Assembly: GCA_965249575.1 (NCBI GenBank)
Contig: OZ252244.1
Span: 2,560,001 to 2,624,000, forward strand
Reading direction: 5' to 3'
Length of the DNA stretch: 64,000 nucleotides
Source: Gemmatimonadales bacterium
Lineage (GTDB): Bacteria > Gemmatimonadota > Gemmatimonadetes > Gemmatimonadales > GWC2-71-9
Below the pieces are notes generated by a model. The model made no database searches, was not told the DNA's origin, and saw only the letters and a list, made by a program, of their open reading frames with translations. Shown here in pieces: positions 28,215-38,712 of the stretch (positions are counted from its first letter, which is position 1; each line of letters begins with the position of its first letter). A program made the translations under genes and the position numbers.

Positions 28215-29171
28215 CTATCCCGTGGTGATGGCCTCGCTGGGCGGTACGCCCTCGTCGATCTGCTCGTAGTCGAGCTCGCTTCCTCGCAGGCTGTGCGGGA
28301 TCAGATAGACGATCACCATGACGACCGTGGCGATCGCCACCGATGCCCGTCCCACGATTTCCTTCTTGCGGGGACGGAAGCCGATGGTCGTGCATGCGAC
28401 GACCCACACGAGCCACATCATGAGCATCTTGTTGTCCGTGAGGTCATAACCGAACGGGAAACCGGTCCAGTACTCTCCGAAGGCATATTTCTGGACGATG
28501 GGTCCCAGGATCATGCCCCCGACGGTCATCCCCGTCAGGGTGATCCACGCCAGTGGGCGCATGCCGCCGGGTGCGAATAGAGCCGAAAGCCCCGCACGCA
28601 TCCCGATGAGCACCGCGAAGAACATGAACAGGACGTGTGGCAGCAGGATGGCGAGTGGCACGTCGTCCTTGAACCGGATAATCACGTTATCGGCAGGGTC
28701 TTCGGGTATGCGGATGTCCCCAGACGGGGTCGTTAGGGTTATGAAATACTCTAGCTTTCCCGCCGCGGGTTGTGCGGGAAGGTGTCCGTAGAGCTCCCCG
28801 TCCGCGGAGTCCAGCTCCTGGGTAGCGAAGGCGTCGTCCGTTCTGAATCGCTTGTAATGGAGGTCCCCGGTGATTGGCGTATTCGGGTTGGGGAGGACGA
28901 CGCGAGCATTCCCCGTCGAGACGTGGCTTCGCACGAGTCGGTAATCGTAGCGCTCCCCGCCCACGGTGAGGTTGCCACGTTTCGGGTAAGTCGGTCCAGT
29001 GCGGCGTTGGTAGACCACGGCGCCGAGCATGAGGATTACCGCGGTTAGCCACAAGACAGCGGGCGACCAACGCTGCCGTCTCGGGGTGCTCACATCTCCG
29101 CGACGGGACGTCAGGCCGGTGTCCTGCGCCGCCACCTCGCTTCGCCCTTCATGTCCGGCCAGCCGTGTCAT
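28215..29171 (-). CDS. Hypothetical membrane protein
   Basis: N-terminal TM, soluble domain, four C-terminal TMs with YWTGFPFGYDLTDNK. Confidence 0.75.
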   Translation of the reverse strand: MTRLAGHEGRSEVAAQDTGLTSRRGDVSTPRRQRWSPAVLWLTAVILMLGAVVYQRRTGPTYPKRGNLTVGGERYDYRLVRSHVSTGNARVVLPNPNTPITGDLHYKRFRTDDAFATQELDSADGELYGHLPAQPAAGKLEYFITLTTPSGDIRIPEDPADNVIIRFKDDVPLAILLPHVLFMFFAVLIGMRAGLSALFAPGGMRPLAWITLTGMTVGGMILGPIVQKYAFGEYWTGFPFGYDLTDNKMLMMWLVWVVACTTIGFRPRKKEIVGRASVAIATVVMVIVYLIPHSLRGSELDYEQIDEGVPPSEAITTG

Positions 29172-29319
29172 TCGTCATCCCCGCGGTGCAGTTTTCGGGA
29201 TCTCGCCGTCAACTCACCAATTTAAGGCGGCGCCGCGACCGCCGCCCACGGAAAGGGGGGGCGGATTCTCCGCCCCCCGAGGTCTGTCATATGGGAGCGA
29301 GGCAACAGACACTAAACGT

Positions 29320-29883
29320 GTGAGTGACCCGGACCGGTCTGGACGGAAAGCGCACTTGGACTCGAGGCCCGATTTTGTCGAAGCGGAGTTGACCCGGCTG
29401 CATGTCCCGGCATTTGGCTGGGCGATGAGTTGTTGCCGGTGGAACCGAATGGAGGCTGAGGACGTGCTCCAGGCGAGTTACCTGAAGATACTGGATGGTA
29501 GCGCTGTCTTTAGAGGGCGTTCGTCCTTTAGAACCTGGCTGTTTGGTGTGATCAGGCGTACTGCGGCCGAGCACCATCGCCGGAGTCGGCTCTCACTTTT
29601 CGGTCCGCTCGCGTGGCTGAATGGGCGCCCTGAAGGCCGGGATGAAGGGGCGGATCCGGAAGCCGCGACCGTCGAGGCGGAATCTAGTCAGCGACTCCGG
29701 CGAGCGCTGGGCTTTCTGTCGAAGCGTCAAGCTGCGGTTTTGCATCTCGTGTTTTATCAGGGCCTCTCCATCGAGGAAGCATCGCAAGTGCTAGGGGTAT
29801 CGGTCGGGACCGCGCGCACGCATTACGAGCGCGCAAAGGAAAGGCTACGTCGACAGCTGGCGGAGGCGCACGTCGATGGATGA
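29320..29883 (+). CDS. ECF RNA polymerase sigma factor
   Basis: AEDVLQ, FRGRSSFRTWLFGV (region 2); LSKRQAAVLHL..GLSIEEASQVLGVSVGT (region 4). Confidence 0.92.
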   Translation: MSDPDRSGRKAHLDSRPDFVEAELTRLHVPAFGWAMSCCRWNRMEAEDVLQASYLKILDGSAVFRGRSSFRTWLFGVIRRTAAEHHRRSRLSLFGPLAWLNGRPEGRDEGADPEAATVEAESSQRLRRALGFLSKRQAAVLHLVFYQGLSIEEASQVLGVSVGTARTHYERAKERLRRQLAEAHVDG

Positions 29884-30307
29884 GAAGCTGGGAGATCGCG
29901 AATTGCGAGAGGCACACGACCGCCTGCGGGGCGAAGTGGAGAGTGACGTTCCCACCTACGGACACATTCTCGCAAGGGCACGGGACGCGCCAGGGCGTCG
30001 TCCCTCGTGGTCGCGGCGGACGCGAACGGTACCTCTAACCGCAGCGGCGGCAGTCACCTTAGCGCTGGTCGTGTGGCTCGGAGGCCTTCTGGAGTCGGAT
30101 CCAACGCCAGATAGTACGGAGCTCGTCTTTGTCGTTGATCTGTCCTCGATCCGTTGGGCCGCCCCCACGGATTTCCTGCTCGAGACCCCCGGCAAGCGAC
30201 TCCTCCGTTTGATACCTGAGGTCGGCGGTCCCGGCGTGCCCCTCACCGTCGATCGTTCGGGCGACTCAACCGCGAATCTACCATACGAATGGAGCGAACA
30301 GTCATGA
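29876..30307 (+). CDS. Putative single-TM anti-sigma factor
   Basis: Overlaps the sigma stop; one TM; WAAPTDFLL motif. Confidence 0.65.
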   Translation: MDEKLGDRELREAHDRLRGEVESDVPTYGHILARARDAPGRRPSWSRRTRTVPLTAAAAVTLALVVWLGGLLESDPTPDSTELVFVVDLSSIRWAAPTDFLLETPGKRLLRLIPEVGGPGVPLTVDRSGDSTANLPYEWSEQS

Positions 30308-30735
30308 AACGTGCCTTTGGTTGGGTATGTGCCGCGACCGTGGCGGTCACTCCCAGCGTCACCGCCCAGGATTTCGAGCAACATCTGTTTCCACCAGAGC
30401 TTATCATGCAGCACCAGCGCACGATCGCGCTGCAAGCTCCTCAGCGCGCGTCGATCACGGCAGCGATACAGTCGCTCCAGGCGAATGTGGTCGATCTCGA
30501 ATGGGACATGCAAGCCGAGGGACAGAAGCTAACGGAGTTGCTAAACGGGCCAACCATCGACGAGGAAGCTGCCCTCGCGCAAGTCGACCGCGTGTTGGAC
30601 ATCGAACGGCAAGTCAAGAAGGCGCACCTCGGGCTGCTAATACAAATCAAGAACACGCTGACGGCCGAGCAGCAGGCGAAGCTGCGGCGGCTGCAGGATT
30701 CGTACAACGAGAATGAGAAGAAGCGACAAAATTAG
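30304..30735 (+). CDS. Periplasmic heavy-metal sensor / Spy-CpxP-like protein
   Basis: Signal peptide, helical body, LTAEQ (LTxxQ) motif. Confidence 0.75.
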   Translation: MKRAFGWVCAATVAVTPSVTAQDFEQHLFPPELIMQHQRTIALQAPQRASITAAIQSLQANVVDLEWDMQAEGQKLTELLNGPTIDEEAALAQVDRVLDIERQVKKAHLGLLIQIKNTLTAEQQAKLRRLQDSYNENEKKRQN

Positions 30736-30805
30736 GGTGTGTGTGTGTCCGTGGCAGGCGGTGATATCGGCTGCTGGGCTACCTCGTGCAGCAGCAGTCT
30801 TCACA

Positions 30806-31408
30806 CTATGATTTGGAAGTGTCGTCGGCGTCGGTCCCCCACGGGCGGATGAAATCCTCGTCCTCAACTCCCAGTGCGTCCGCCAGGCGCGTGAAATAGT
30901 TGAAAAGGGCGATCATCTGGACCGCGTCGTGAATTGCGCGATCGTCGAAGCCATGCTCCCGCAGGGGGTCGAGGTCTCCACGCGACATCGATCGCTGGCG
31001 GTGCGTGAGGTGCGCCGCAAACTCACAGAGCGCCGCATCGGCCGGTGTCAGGTTCGCGCTGCGCCAGTCCCGGACCACCGCGTGGACGAAGGTGTCGGCC
31101 TTTTCGGCATCCGGAACGTGTTCGGCGATCTCGGCACGGAGATCGTGGGCGTGGGCCTGCGTTCAGTGATGGCAGGCCGTTTCGGTGGAGACCACCGTGG
31201 CCAACAGCTCTCGTTGCATGCGCGATAGGCCAGACGGTCCGTGCATCACCGTCCGGTAGTGGTCTATGCAGGATTTCAAGACCGGTGGGTTGACGCTCAT
31301 GATGTGGACGATGTTCCAAATCCGCCCAGCGCGCTGTAGCGACTTGTCGAGCTCCCGCTTGAGCAGGCCTTCGGCCTCTTCGAGCGGTACCTGATAGATC
31401 CACGGCAT
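30806..31408 (-). CDS. AhpD/CMD-like peroxidase-related selenoprotein (UGA at 31163-31165 read as Sec)
   Basis: Two ORFs join in frame through TGA to give RELLATVVSTETAC-H-H-U-TQAH (AhpD CxxC site); 200 aa; downstream hairpin. Confidence 0.8.
31126..31145 (-). promoter_or_regulatory. Candidate bacterial SECIS element
   Basis: mRNA CGAUCUC-CGUGCC-GAGAUCG, a 7-bp stem starting 17 nt after the UGA, with GU at loop positions 2-3. Confidence 0.55.
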
Positions 31409-31451
31409 TCGCGGCTCCGTAATGGGAGAGGTTGTCAGTGTGGCAACGTAT

Positions 31452-32291
31452 TCATCGTAACGCACCACTAGCGGATTCGTCATCGCGTCTGTTTTGGGGG
31501 AGTCCCGCGATCTTCGAGAGAAGGTCATGCACCTCGTCGGGATTCTTGACGACGTACGCGGCTCGAGTCGAGCGTGGCATTTCGGATACGAGAATCCCCA
31601 GCCCGCGGCGTTCCAGTGCGGCGAATGCATCCTCGTCGGTGGTGTCATCTCCCACATATATCGGCACAAGGTCCGGGCCGTCGAGGCCGAGTGCGTCGAG
31701 GAGCCACAGCACGGCGCTCCCCTTGTCCCACTCCATTGCCGGTCGGACCTCGAAGACCTTCTCGCCGTGCGTTTTGGTCAGCTGCGGGACTCGGTTCACC
31801 AACTCGTCCACCATTGCTTCGACAGTCGGAATCAGGTCCTCTCGGACGAGCCGGTAGTGAACGGCGACCGAAAATCGCTTGTTCTCCACCAGCACTCCCT
31901 CGATCCCCCGCGTGCGGGTAGCGAAATGCGCGGCGGCCTCTTGAAGCATCGGCAGGAGGTCGGCACCGATTTCATTTCGGATGGAAGCGCCCGGTCCTGA
32001 AATGTCGAACCCGTGGCTGCCCGCATAAATCAGATCGTCCAGGCCGATCAGCTGGGCCACATCCTCACGCCCCCGTCCGCTGACAATGATGGTCGGGCAG
32101 CTCGAGGCGACTTCCCGGAGGGTGGCGCGCATGTTGTCCGTGAGGTGCGCGAGTTCCGGACGATCGACGATCGGTGTGAGCGTGCCGTCGTAGTCGAGAA
32201 ACAGGACGGTGCGGCGTCCGCCGATTTGCGCTTCGACTCGATCCCACTGGGAGAGAGCGGAGGGGGGGGTGGGCATCTTTTCGATAACCAT
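31452..32291 (-). CDS. otsB: Trehalose-6-phosphate phosphatase
   Basis: FLDYDGTLTPIV, SGR, GSHG, WDKG and GDDTTDEDAF HAD motifs. Confidence 0.93.
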   Translation of the reverse strand: MVIEKMPTPPSALSQWDRVEAQIGGRRTVLFLDYDGTLTPIVDRPELAHLTDNMRATLREVASSCPTIIVSGRGREDVAQLIGLDDLIYAGSHGFDISGPGASIRNEIGADLLPMLQEAAAHFATRTRGIEGVLVENKRFSVAVHYRLVREDLIPTVEAMVDELVNRVPQLTKTHGEKVFEVRPAMEWDKGSAVLWLLDALGLDGPDLVPIYVGDDTTDEDAFAALERRGLGILVSEMPRSTRAAYVVKNPDEVHDLLSKIAGLPQNRRDDESASGALR

Positions 32292-32458
32292 TAACCAAGG
32301 CGCTGGGGTAGACTTGTCATCACCATCGGGTCCCGATCCGCGCCGGTCGAGCCGGCGGCCCGTTGTGCGAAAGCTGGCGGCGTTTCTGCGCGTACGGTAG
32401 GTTAGCGGCATTCACGTGGCTGCGAGCGGACAACTCCACAGGAGGAAGAGAGCGGCGC

Positions 32459-32833
32459 ATGGCGCGTATTCTCGTGGTGGACGACGACACCGACGTGCGA
32501 GGCGTGATACGGAAGGTATTGGCCGGTGACGGCCATGAGGTCGTCGAGGCACCCGACGGCGACGCTGCCCTCACGAAGTACCGTGAGAAGCCGGCCGACC
32601 TCGTGCTGATCGATATCTATATGCCCCGCGCGGACGGCATCGAGACCAGCATCCGTCTTCAGCATGAGTTTCCCGGAGCCAAGATCGTCGTGGTTTCCGG
32701 GGGCGGGTTTCGTGACAAATCCGAGTTACTGGAGACTGCAAAGCGCATCGGCGCCGCCGCCACGCTGCCCAAGCCATTCGAGCGCGAGGAAGTCCTCGAA
32801 GTCGTGCGCGAAGTGCTCGGCACTCGGCCGTAG
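32459..32833 (+). CDS. Single-domain response regulator (CheY-like)
   Basis: ILVVDDD, DIYMP and KPF motifs; GGAGG RBS. Confidence 0.92.
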   Translation: MARILVVDDDTDVRGVIRKVLAGDGHEVVEAPDGDAALTKYREKPADLVLIDIYMPRADGIETSIRLQHEFPGAKIVVVSGGGFRDKSELLETAKRIGAAATLPKPFEREEVLEVVREVLGTRP

Positions 32834-32862
32834 CCGGCCGCCACGCAGTCTCTGCCCGCCGG

Positions 32863-34998
32863 TTACTCCAGTCCCGCCAGCGTCACTTTCCCGATAGGGA
32901 GCCTCCGCACCGGCCTGCCGGTGAGGGCGAGAATGGCGTTGCACACCGCCGGAGCGATGGGCGGCGTGCCCGGCTCCCCGATACCGCCCAGCGGGTCGCC
33001 GCTCGTGACGATGTGCGTTTCGATGGCAGGGGCTTCGTCCATCCGGACCACACGATAGGTGTTGAAGTTCCCCTGTACCGCGCGGCCACGGTCGATGGCG
33101 ACCTCGCCATACAGAGCCGCCGAGAGTCCGTATATGATCCCACTCTCCATTTGCGCCACGACGGTGCTGGGATTGACCACATCACCACAATCGACCGCGC
33201 ATACCACGCGATGCACCCGCACAGCGCCGTCCTGCTCGAGTGAGACCTCGGCGACTTGTGCCACGAAACTCCCAAACGACTCGTGGACCGCGACGCCTCG
33301 GGCGCGGCCCTTGGGCAGCGGCTTGCCCCAGCCCGCGTTCTCCACCGCAAGGTCCAGCACGCGCCTGTGCCGGGGGTGATCGGACAACAGCCTCCTCCGG
33401 AGGTCGACGGGATCCTTCCCGCCAGCCATCGCTAGCTCGTCCAAGAAACATTCGGTGACGTAGGCGTTCTGGGAGCTTCCAACCGAACGCCACCAATGGA
33501 GCGGAACTGGGAGGTCTGGCTTGGCGCACGTGACGAGGACGTTGGCTATGTGGTATGGGATGTTCTTTGCGCCCTCGACCGATGACCGGTCCACGCCCTC
33601 CACGCGCCGGCCGATTGATTCAAGGATCGACGGGCTGGCGATGTGATGAACCCACGCGACCGGCCACCCGTCCGAGTCCACCGCGCCGACGAACTTGTTG
33701 TATCCGGCGGGCCGGTAGTATCCCGCGCGCGTGTCGTCCTCGCGGGTGAAGACAACCTTGACCGGCTTGCCAATCGCCTTCGAGGTAAAGACGGCATCCT
33801 GGACGAAGTCCGTCTGCGACCGTCGTCCAAAACCCCCGCCCATGAATGTCGTGTGTACGGTCACCTTGTCCGCCGGCAAGCCAGTGATCTCGGCGGCGAC
33901 CCGCTGCGTGCGCGTTGGTGCCTGAGTCGGTGCCCACACGTCACAACGGTCCGCCCGCACGTCGGCCGTGCAGTTCATCGGCTCCATGCTCGCGTGAGCC
34001 AGATAGGGTACCTCGTAGACGGCTTCGACGGTCGTGTCCGCCCTAGCGATGGCTCGGTCGACGTCGCCGTCGTTACGTGCCTCGGTGCCCGTACCCGCCA
34101 TATTGCGGAAGAGCTCGGTGATCTTGGCGCTGGACAGATCCCGATGCGGACCCTCATCCCACGTGATCTCCAGCGCGTCCCGACCCTGCTTGGCCGCCCA
34201 ATAATGATCTGCTGCGACCGCCACGCCCGTGGGAATCTCGACAATGTGCCTCACACCGGGAATGTCCTTGGCGCGCGTGGCATCGAGACGCATCACCTTC
34301 CCGCCCCACACCGGGCTGTGGACGACCTGAGCCACGAGCATGCCCGGTACCTTGACGTCGATCCCAAATACCGCTTCGGCCGCAACTTTTGCCTTCGTGT
34401 CGAGCCGTTTGGTCGCCTTTCCGATGAGACGGAAGTTCTTGGGGTCTTTGAGCGGCGGGTTGTTGGGCGGCGGGACGGCGGCCGCCTTTTCGGCGAGCTC
34501 GCCGTACCGGAGCCGCCGTCCCGAGGGTTGATGGATCACGGTGCTGTTCTCCGCCCGACAGTCGGCGGGGTCGGCGCTCCACGTATCTGCGGCGGCCCGA
34601 ATGAGCATTTCACGCGCCGCCGCCCCGACCGTGCGGAGCTTTGCATAGTTGCCGCGGATGCTCGAGCTGCCGCCCGTGCCCTGGTTGCCGTACTTCGCCG
34701 AGTCGGCGGGTGCGTGTTCGGACCGGACCTTGGTCCAGTCAGCCTCGAGCTCTTCGGCCAGTATCATCGGCAGTGAGGTCAACACCCCCTGGCCCATCTC
34801 CGATTCGTGAACGATCAACGTAACGAGATCGTCGGTACCGATTCGGATCCATGCGTTCAGGTCGGATGGGCCGACCTCCGTGCGGAATACCGTGCGAACG
34901 GGCAGCCTGAACCCGATCAGCAGGCCCATCCCCGCGGCGGAGCTGATCTCGAGGAACTCTCGCCGGTTGACTGCGTGTCCGTTTTCGGTGACAGTCAT
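32863..34998 (-). CDS. iorB: Isoquinoline 1-oxidoreductase beta-like molybdopterin subunit (Tat-exported)
   Basis: NRREFL Tat motif; [19 protein letters not shown] and GGIGEPG. Confidence 0.88.
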   Translation of the reverse strand: MTVTENGHAVNRREFLEISSAAGMGLLIGFRLPVRTVFRTEVGPSDLNAWIRIGTDDLVTLIVHESEMGQGVLTSLPMILAEELEADWTKVRSEHAPADSAKYGNQGTGGSSSIRGNYAKLRTVGAAAREMLIRAAADTWSADPADCRAENSTVIHQPSGRRLRYGELAEKAAAVPPPNNPPLKDPKNFRLIGKATKRLDTKAKVAAEAVFGIDVKVPGMLVAQVVHSPVWGGKVMRLDATRAKDIPGVRHIVEIPTGVAVAADHYWAAKQGRDALEITWDEGPHRDLSSAKITELFRNMAGTGTEARNDGDVDRAIARADTTVEAVYEVPYLAHASMEPMNCTADVRADRCDVWAPTQAPTRTQRVAAEITGLPADKVTVHTTFMGGGFGRRSQTDFVQDAVFTSKAIGKPVKVVFTREDDTRAGYYRPAGYNKFVGAVDSDGWPVAWVHHIASPSILESIGRRVEGVDRSSVEGAKNIPYHIANVLVTCAKPDLPVPLHWWRSVGSSQNAYVTECFLDELAMAGGKDPVDLRRRLLSDHPRHRRVLDLAVENAGWGKPLPKGRARGVAVHESFGSFVAQVAEVSLEQDGAVRVHRVVCAVDCGDVVNPSTVVAQMESGIIYGLSAALYGEVAIDRGRAVQGNFNTYRVVRMDEAPAIETHIVTSGDPLGGIGEPGTPPIAPAVCNAILALTGRPVRRLPIGKVTLAGLE

Positions 34999-35459
34999 CG
35001 GGCCATCTCCTCGGCCGCGCGGTGAATCGCCCGGCGGATCCGGTTGTAGGTGCCGCACCGGCAGATGTTGCCCGACATGGCCGAGTCGATATCCGCGTCG
35101 CTCGGCGCGGAATTTTGCTCCAGGAGCGCGGCGGCGCTCATGATTTGGCCTGGCTGGCAATAGCCACACTGGGGAACGTCCTCGGCTATCCACGCCTCCC
35201 GCACGGCCTCTGCGCTGCGGGTCTTCAGTCCCTCGATGGTCGCGATCTCCCGACCCTCGGCTGCCGATACGGGGATTTGACACGAAAAGATCGGAGCGCC
35301 GTCGAGGTGTATGGTGCATGCTCGACACTGGCCGATTCCGCAGCCAAACTTGGTACCCGTCAGATCGAGGAGATCGCGGATCACCCAGAGTAGTGGCATG
35401 TCGGGCGGTGCGGTCACCGTCCGAGTCTGTCCGTTCACGCGGAGTTCATACGCAGGCAT
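34995..35459 (-). CDS. iorA: (2Fe-2S)-binding subunit (IorA/CoxS-like)
   Basis: [22 protein letters not shown] and NICRCGTY. Confidence 0.92.
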   Translation of the reverse strand: MPAYELRVNGQTRTVTAPPDMPLLWVIRDLLDLTGTKFGCGIGQCRACTIHLDGAPIFSCQIPVSAAEGREIATIEGLKTRSAEAVREAWIAEDVPQCGYCQPGQIMSAAALLEQNSAPSDADIDSAMSGNICRCGTYNRIRRAIHRAAEEMAR

Positions 35460-35594
35460 GCGAGGTCCTCGGGGAGGGATATCTTACTAGGGTGTGGCTG
35501 GGAGGATGGTGTGTCAAGCGTTTGGGGAGGTGCGGTTCGGGCAGTGTCGGCACCATTCGATCTTGAGGTCCTCAACACAAGGAAGGGGACGGCG

Positions 35595-36048
35595 ATGCGA
35601 TCGCTGATCGTGCTTGGCGTGGTGCTTGCCGTGACTCCCGCATTGGAGTTGGAGGCGCAAACGGCATCGGACTCCGCCGCCATCATTCGGACGGCGAGGG
35701 ACTACATCGAGGGATGGTACGAGGGGGACGCCGCGCGGATGGAGCGCGCGTTACACCCGGATCTCGCCAAGCGTATCATCAATATGAACGACGCCGGTCG
35801 AAGCCGGCTGGGGCACATGGGAGCGCTTCAGCTGGTGCAGGGTACGCGAGCGGGCGGCGGAAGCTCGACGCCCGCGAGCCGAACGGCGCGCCGGCGTCAG
35901 AATTCTCGACATTTACCAGAATGTTTCGAGCGTCCGCGTCGATGCCGGCGAATGGATCGACTATATGCACGTCGCCCGCGCAAACGGGCGATGGGTCATT
36001 GTCAACGTTCTGTGGGAAGTGCGGCCGGAGGCCCGGTCCGGCGGCTAG
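35595..36048 (+). pseudogene. NTF2-like putative lumazine-binding protein, frameshifted
   Basis: DYIEGWYEGDAARMERALHPDL, frame break near 35885, then RILDIYQN..WIDYMHVARANGRWVIVNVLW*. Confidence 0.8.
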
Positions 36049-36057
36049 CGACGGACT

Positions 36058-36345
36058 CTAGGGCTCACGCGGGGCGCTGCCAACCAACTCCCGGAAGGCG
36101 GCCTTCGTGCTCTCGGCAGCCGCATCGGCTCCCGCCCGGAAGTCCGAGCCGGCCCGCCGAGCGCGCTCGATGGCTTCGAGACCTGCCGTCTCCATTTCCT
36201 CGCGCGCTTTGTCCGCCGCCTCGAGGACCTTCTCATGTTGCTGACGGTCGCGCATGTAGTATCCGGTCGCGGCGCCCGCCGCAAACATCAGGAGCCACGG
36301 AGCGAGCCACGCCATGAGCCCCTTACGCTTCTCGGCCATTTTCAC
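36058..36345 (-). CDS. Small membrane-anchored hypothetical protein
   Basis: One TM plus a coiled helix; GGAGG RBS. Confidence 0.65.
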   Translation of the reverse strand: MKMAEKRKGLMAWLAPWLLMFAAGAATGYYMRDRQQHEKVLEAADKAREEMETAGLEAIERARRAGSDFRAGADAAAESTKAAFRELVGSAPREP

Positions 36346-36424
36346 CTCCAGGCTGTCGTCCGCGCGCGGACGGCGTCGTATTCGTAGTCGCGCCTCAAGC
36401 TACCGCTCCACTCCGCATCGTCAA

Positions 36425-36895
36425 TCAGTCGATCAGGCCGCGCCGCACGCAATGAATGAAGTCGGTATAAGCCGGCTTGTGCCCCGACTCGCGCAATCCG
36501 GCCGCTATTTGGCCGCGGTGGTAGGCGGAGTGGTTAATCACATGATCGAGGATGTCCTCGACTCTGTTTTCCCAGGGCTCGCCCTTCGTATTGACGTACT
36601 CCACCGGGCGTCGGAGATCACCCTCAGCTAGGTCGGCGAGGAATACCGCCCATTCGTCCCCAACCTCGGTGCATCGCCTGCGGCACGCATCGAGGTCGAG
36701 GACCGGCCAGACCTCGCCAGACGCCTTGCCCCGACCAAGGCGATTGAGCCAGAGCTCCTCAGCGCCCGGTATGTGGGCCATGACCAACGTAAGCCGTTCC
36801 GACGGCCGAGCCGCCGCGACGAGAGAAGCGAGCGTCTCCCGGTTCGCCCACTCGTTGTACCGGAACAGACGACGAATCCGGTCCAAGACACTCAC
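36425..36895 (-). CDS. DinB family protein
   Basis: YNEWAN, AHI..AE..WL.R and HVINHSAYHRGQI. Confidence 0.9.
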   Translation of the reverse strand: MSVLDRIRRLFRYNEWANRETLASLVAAARPSERLTLVMAHIPGAEELWLNRLGRGKASGEVWPVLDLDACRRRCTEVGDEWAVFLADLAEGDLRRPVEYVNTKGEPWENRVEDILDHVINHSAYHRGQIAAGLRESGHKPAYTDFIHCVRRGLID

Positions 36896-36980
36896 GGTGA
36901 ACGGACTCCTTCAAGGCAGCGCCGGGGGTGGTCAAATACCGCTCTCGTATCCAGTGTCACTGCGCCCGCGCGCCATACGC

Positions 36981-37023
36981 TGAGGAGCCGCCCACCCCTG
37001 CAGGACGGGTGAGCGACTCCTCA
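36981..37023 (-). terminator. Long stem-loop downstream of the lipoprotein gene
   Basis: Minus-strand RNA forms a 17-bp stem including G-U pairs (UGAGGAGUCGCUCACCC/GGGUGGGCGGCUCCUCA). Confidence 0.55.
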
Positions 37024-37081
37024 CATTGTTCGACGCTAACGGACCAGAGCGGTCCGGGGCAGGGAACGAGCCGCTCCCCGC

Positions 37082-37984
37082 TTACGACTCCACGATGATC
37101 AGGAACTTCGACGGTTCCCAAAACTCATCGGGCGCATCGATCTCCAATTCTCCCTGGATTTTTCCGTCGTTCTCCAGCATCCCGCCCAGGTACGAGAGAT
37201 TGTGCCTCGACGCGATGCGGTACTTCCTGTCGTCGCGCGGGAACGGGATGCGCGTTACCTCCCGCTTGTCGATGGCGATAAAGTCGGCTTCGGCGAGGTC
37301 GCGTGCGGGCTGGAGTGTCTTCTTTCCGAAGAAGAGGAACTTGCCCCCTTCCTCGACCACGATCCCCCGTTCGAGGAGGTCGTTCTTTGACCCGATGACG
37401 TAGAAAACTGTATTCTCCTTTTCCGCCATGGTTTGTACGGTGTCCGCCAGAGCCTCCTTCTCGGCCGCGAGCTGGACGTTGGCGGCGTGGAGTTCGTTCA
37501 CGTCGTCCGTGAGTGCCGTGATGGACGTTTTTTGGTCCTCGATGAGCGTACGGAAATCGGCGATCGTCACCTCAAACTTCACCAGTTCCGACTTCAAAGA
37601 ATCCGAAGACGACGACAGGCGGCGGATTCGCCGTTGGCTCGCGCGGAGGCGTTCCTCGCTCAGGTTCACCCGCTTCGTCACTTCCTGGATCTTCTCGAGG
37701 ATACCGTCCCGATACGCCTCCGAGACCTGTAGCGGCGACTCGGGCGACACGACGACCGCGTCTCCAGGCCCCCCCAGATCCTTGACGCTCGCCAGCTCGG
37801 TGCTGATATCGTTCATCAATCGAGTGGTCTCGACCACCTCCTTCAGGAGGCTGTCCTTCTCAGCCGAGATGATCGTCAGCTCCTCCAGCTTGCGGAGGGT
37901 TTCCTTGTTCTCGCAGCCGACAAGGGCTAGGGCGACGACGGCGAGTCCGGTAACCCCCGTAGCCGCTCGGCGCAGTTCTCTCAT
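37082..37984 (-). CDS. Coiled-coil lipoprotein
   Basis: Lipobox LVGC, long heptad region, C-terminal YVIG..L.ERGI..FWEPSKFLII domain. Confidence 0.8.
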   Translation of the reverse strand: MRELRRAATGVTGLAVVALALVGCENKETLRKLEELTIISAEKDSLLKEVVETTRLMNDISTELASVKDLGGPGDAVVVSPESPLQVSEAYRDGILEKIQEVTKRVNLSEERLRASQRRIRRLSSSSDSLKSELVKFEVTIADFRTLIEDQKTSITALTDDVNELHAANVQLAAEKEALADTVQTMAEKENTVFYVIGSKNDLLERGIVVEEGGKFLFFGKKTLQPARDLAEADFIAIDKREVTRIPFPRDDRKYRIASRHNLSYLGGMLENDGKIQGELEIDAPDEFWEPSKFLIIVES

Positions 37985-38247
37985 TGGTAACTCCCCTCCT
38001 ACGCTTGTCTGTCACTTGTGACCGTGCGCGCACAGACGCACTAACGGTGCCGCGTCGGGATCCGCACTAGACTTCTGGGTCCACGTTGTACCCGGCCAGC
38101 CGGCCGGGGTTTCACGGCCGGCTAGGGAGGAAAGATCGCTCGATGGGTTGGGAGAGGAAAGGTCGGGTGGGTTTTCGGCGTGGCGCCTCAGTGCTCCGCC
38201 GTCAGCGCCATCGAGCCGGCCCGGCGGTGGCCGCCACAACGTGGAGT

Positions 38248-38712
38248 TTACTGGAATCGGTGGGCTCGGTCTGGCTGGCGTTCCCGTCCGTGAGGGGGAG
38301 CTCGCCGGACTGCGATTTCCGCTCGATCGACTGGGGACGATGTCTTCAGGCGACCGTTGACGTTGGCCCCATCGTGGATCACGATCCGCGGCGCGGTGAT
38401 GTCGCCTGTGACCGATGAGCTCGGCTGGATCTCGACCCGGCCGTCGGAGACAATGCTCCCTCGCACCTCGCCCGCCACTACGGCTTCGCGGGTGTAGATG
38501 TCACCGTCGATCGTTCCGCCGTCTGCGACCAGGACCTGGCCCTTCGCGTGCACACTTCCTTCTACGACACCCTCGACCTTGACGACACTTTCGGTCTCGA
38601 TCTCGCCGACAACCCGCATCCCTTTCGCGATCACCGAAAGTGTCGGTTCCGTGGACCCCGGCGGGGTACGGGTGCGGTCTGCCTGTCGCCCGCTGTTCGA
38701 AAACAACGCCAT
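38248..38712 (-). CDS. Bactofilin (polymer-forming cytoskeletal protein)
   Basis: SVIAKGMRVVGEI..VKVEGVVEG..VAGEVRG..VTGDI..GANVNG beta-helix repeats. Confidence 0.9.
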   Translation of the reverse strand: MALFSNSGRQADRTRTPPGSTEPTLSVIAKGMRVVGEIETESVVKVEGVVEGSVHAKGQVLVADGGTIDGDIYTREAVVAGEVRGSIVSDGRVEIQPSSSVTGDITAPRIVIHDGANVNGRLKTSSPVDRAEIAVRRAPPHGRERQPDRAHRFQ

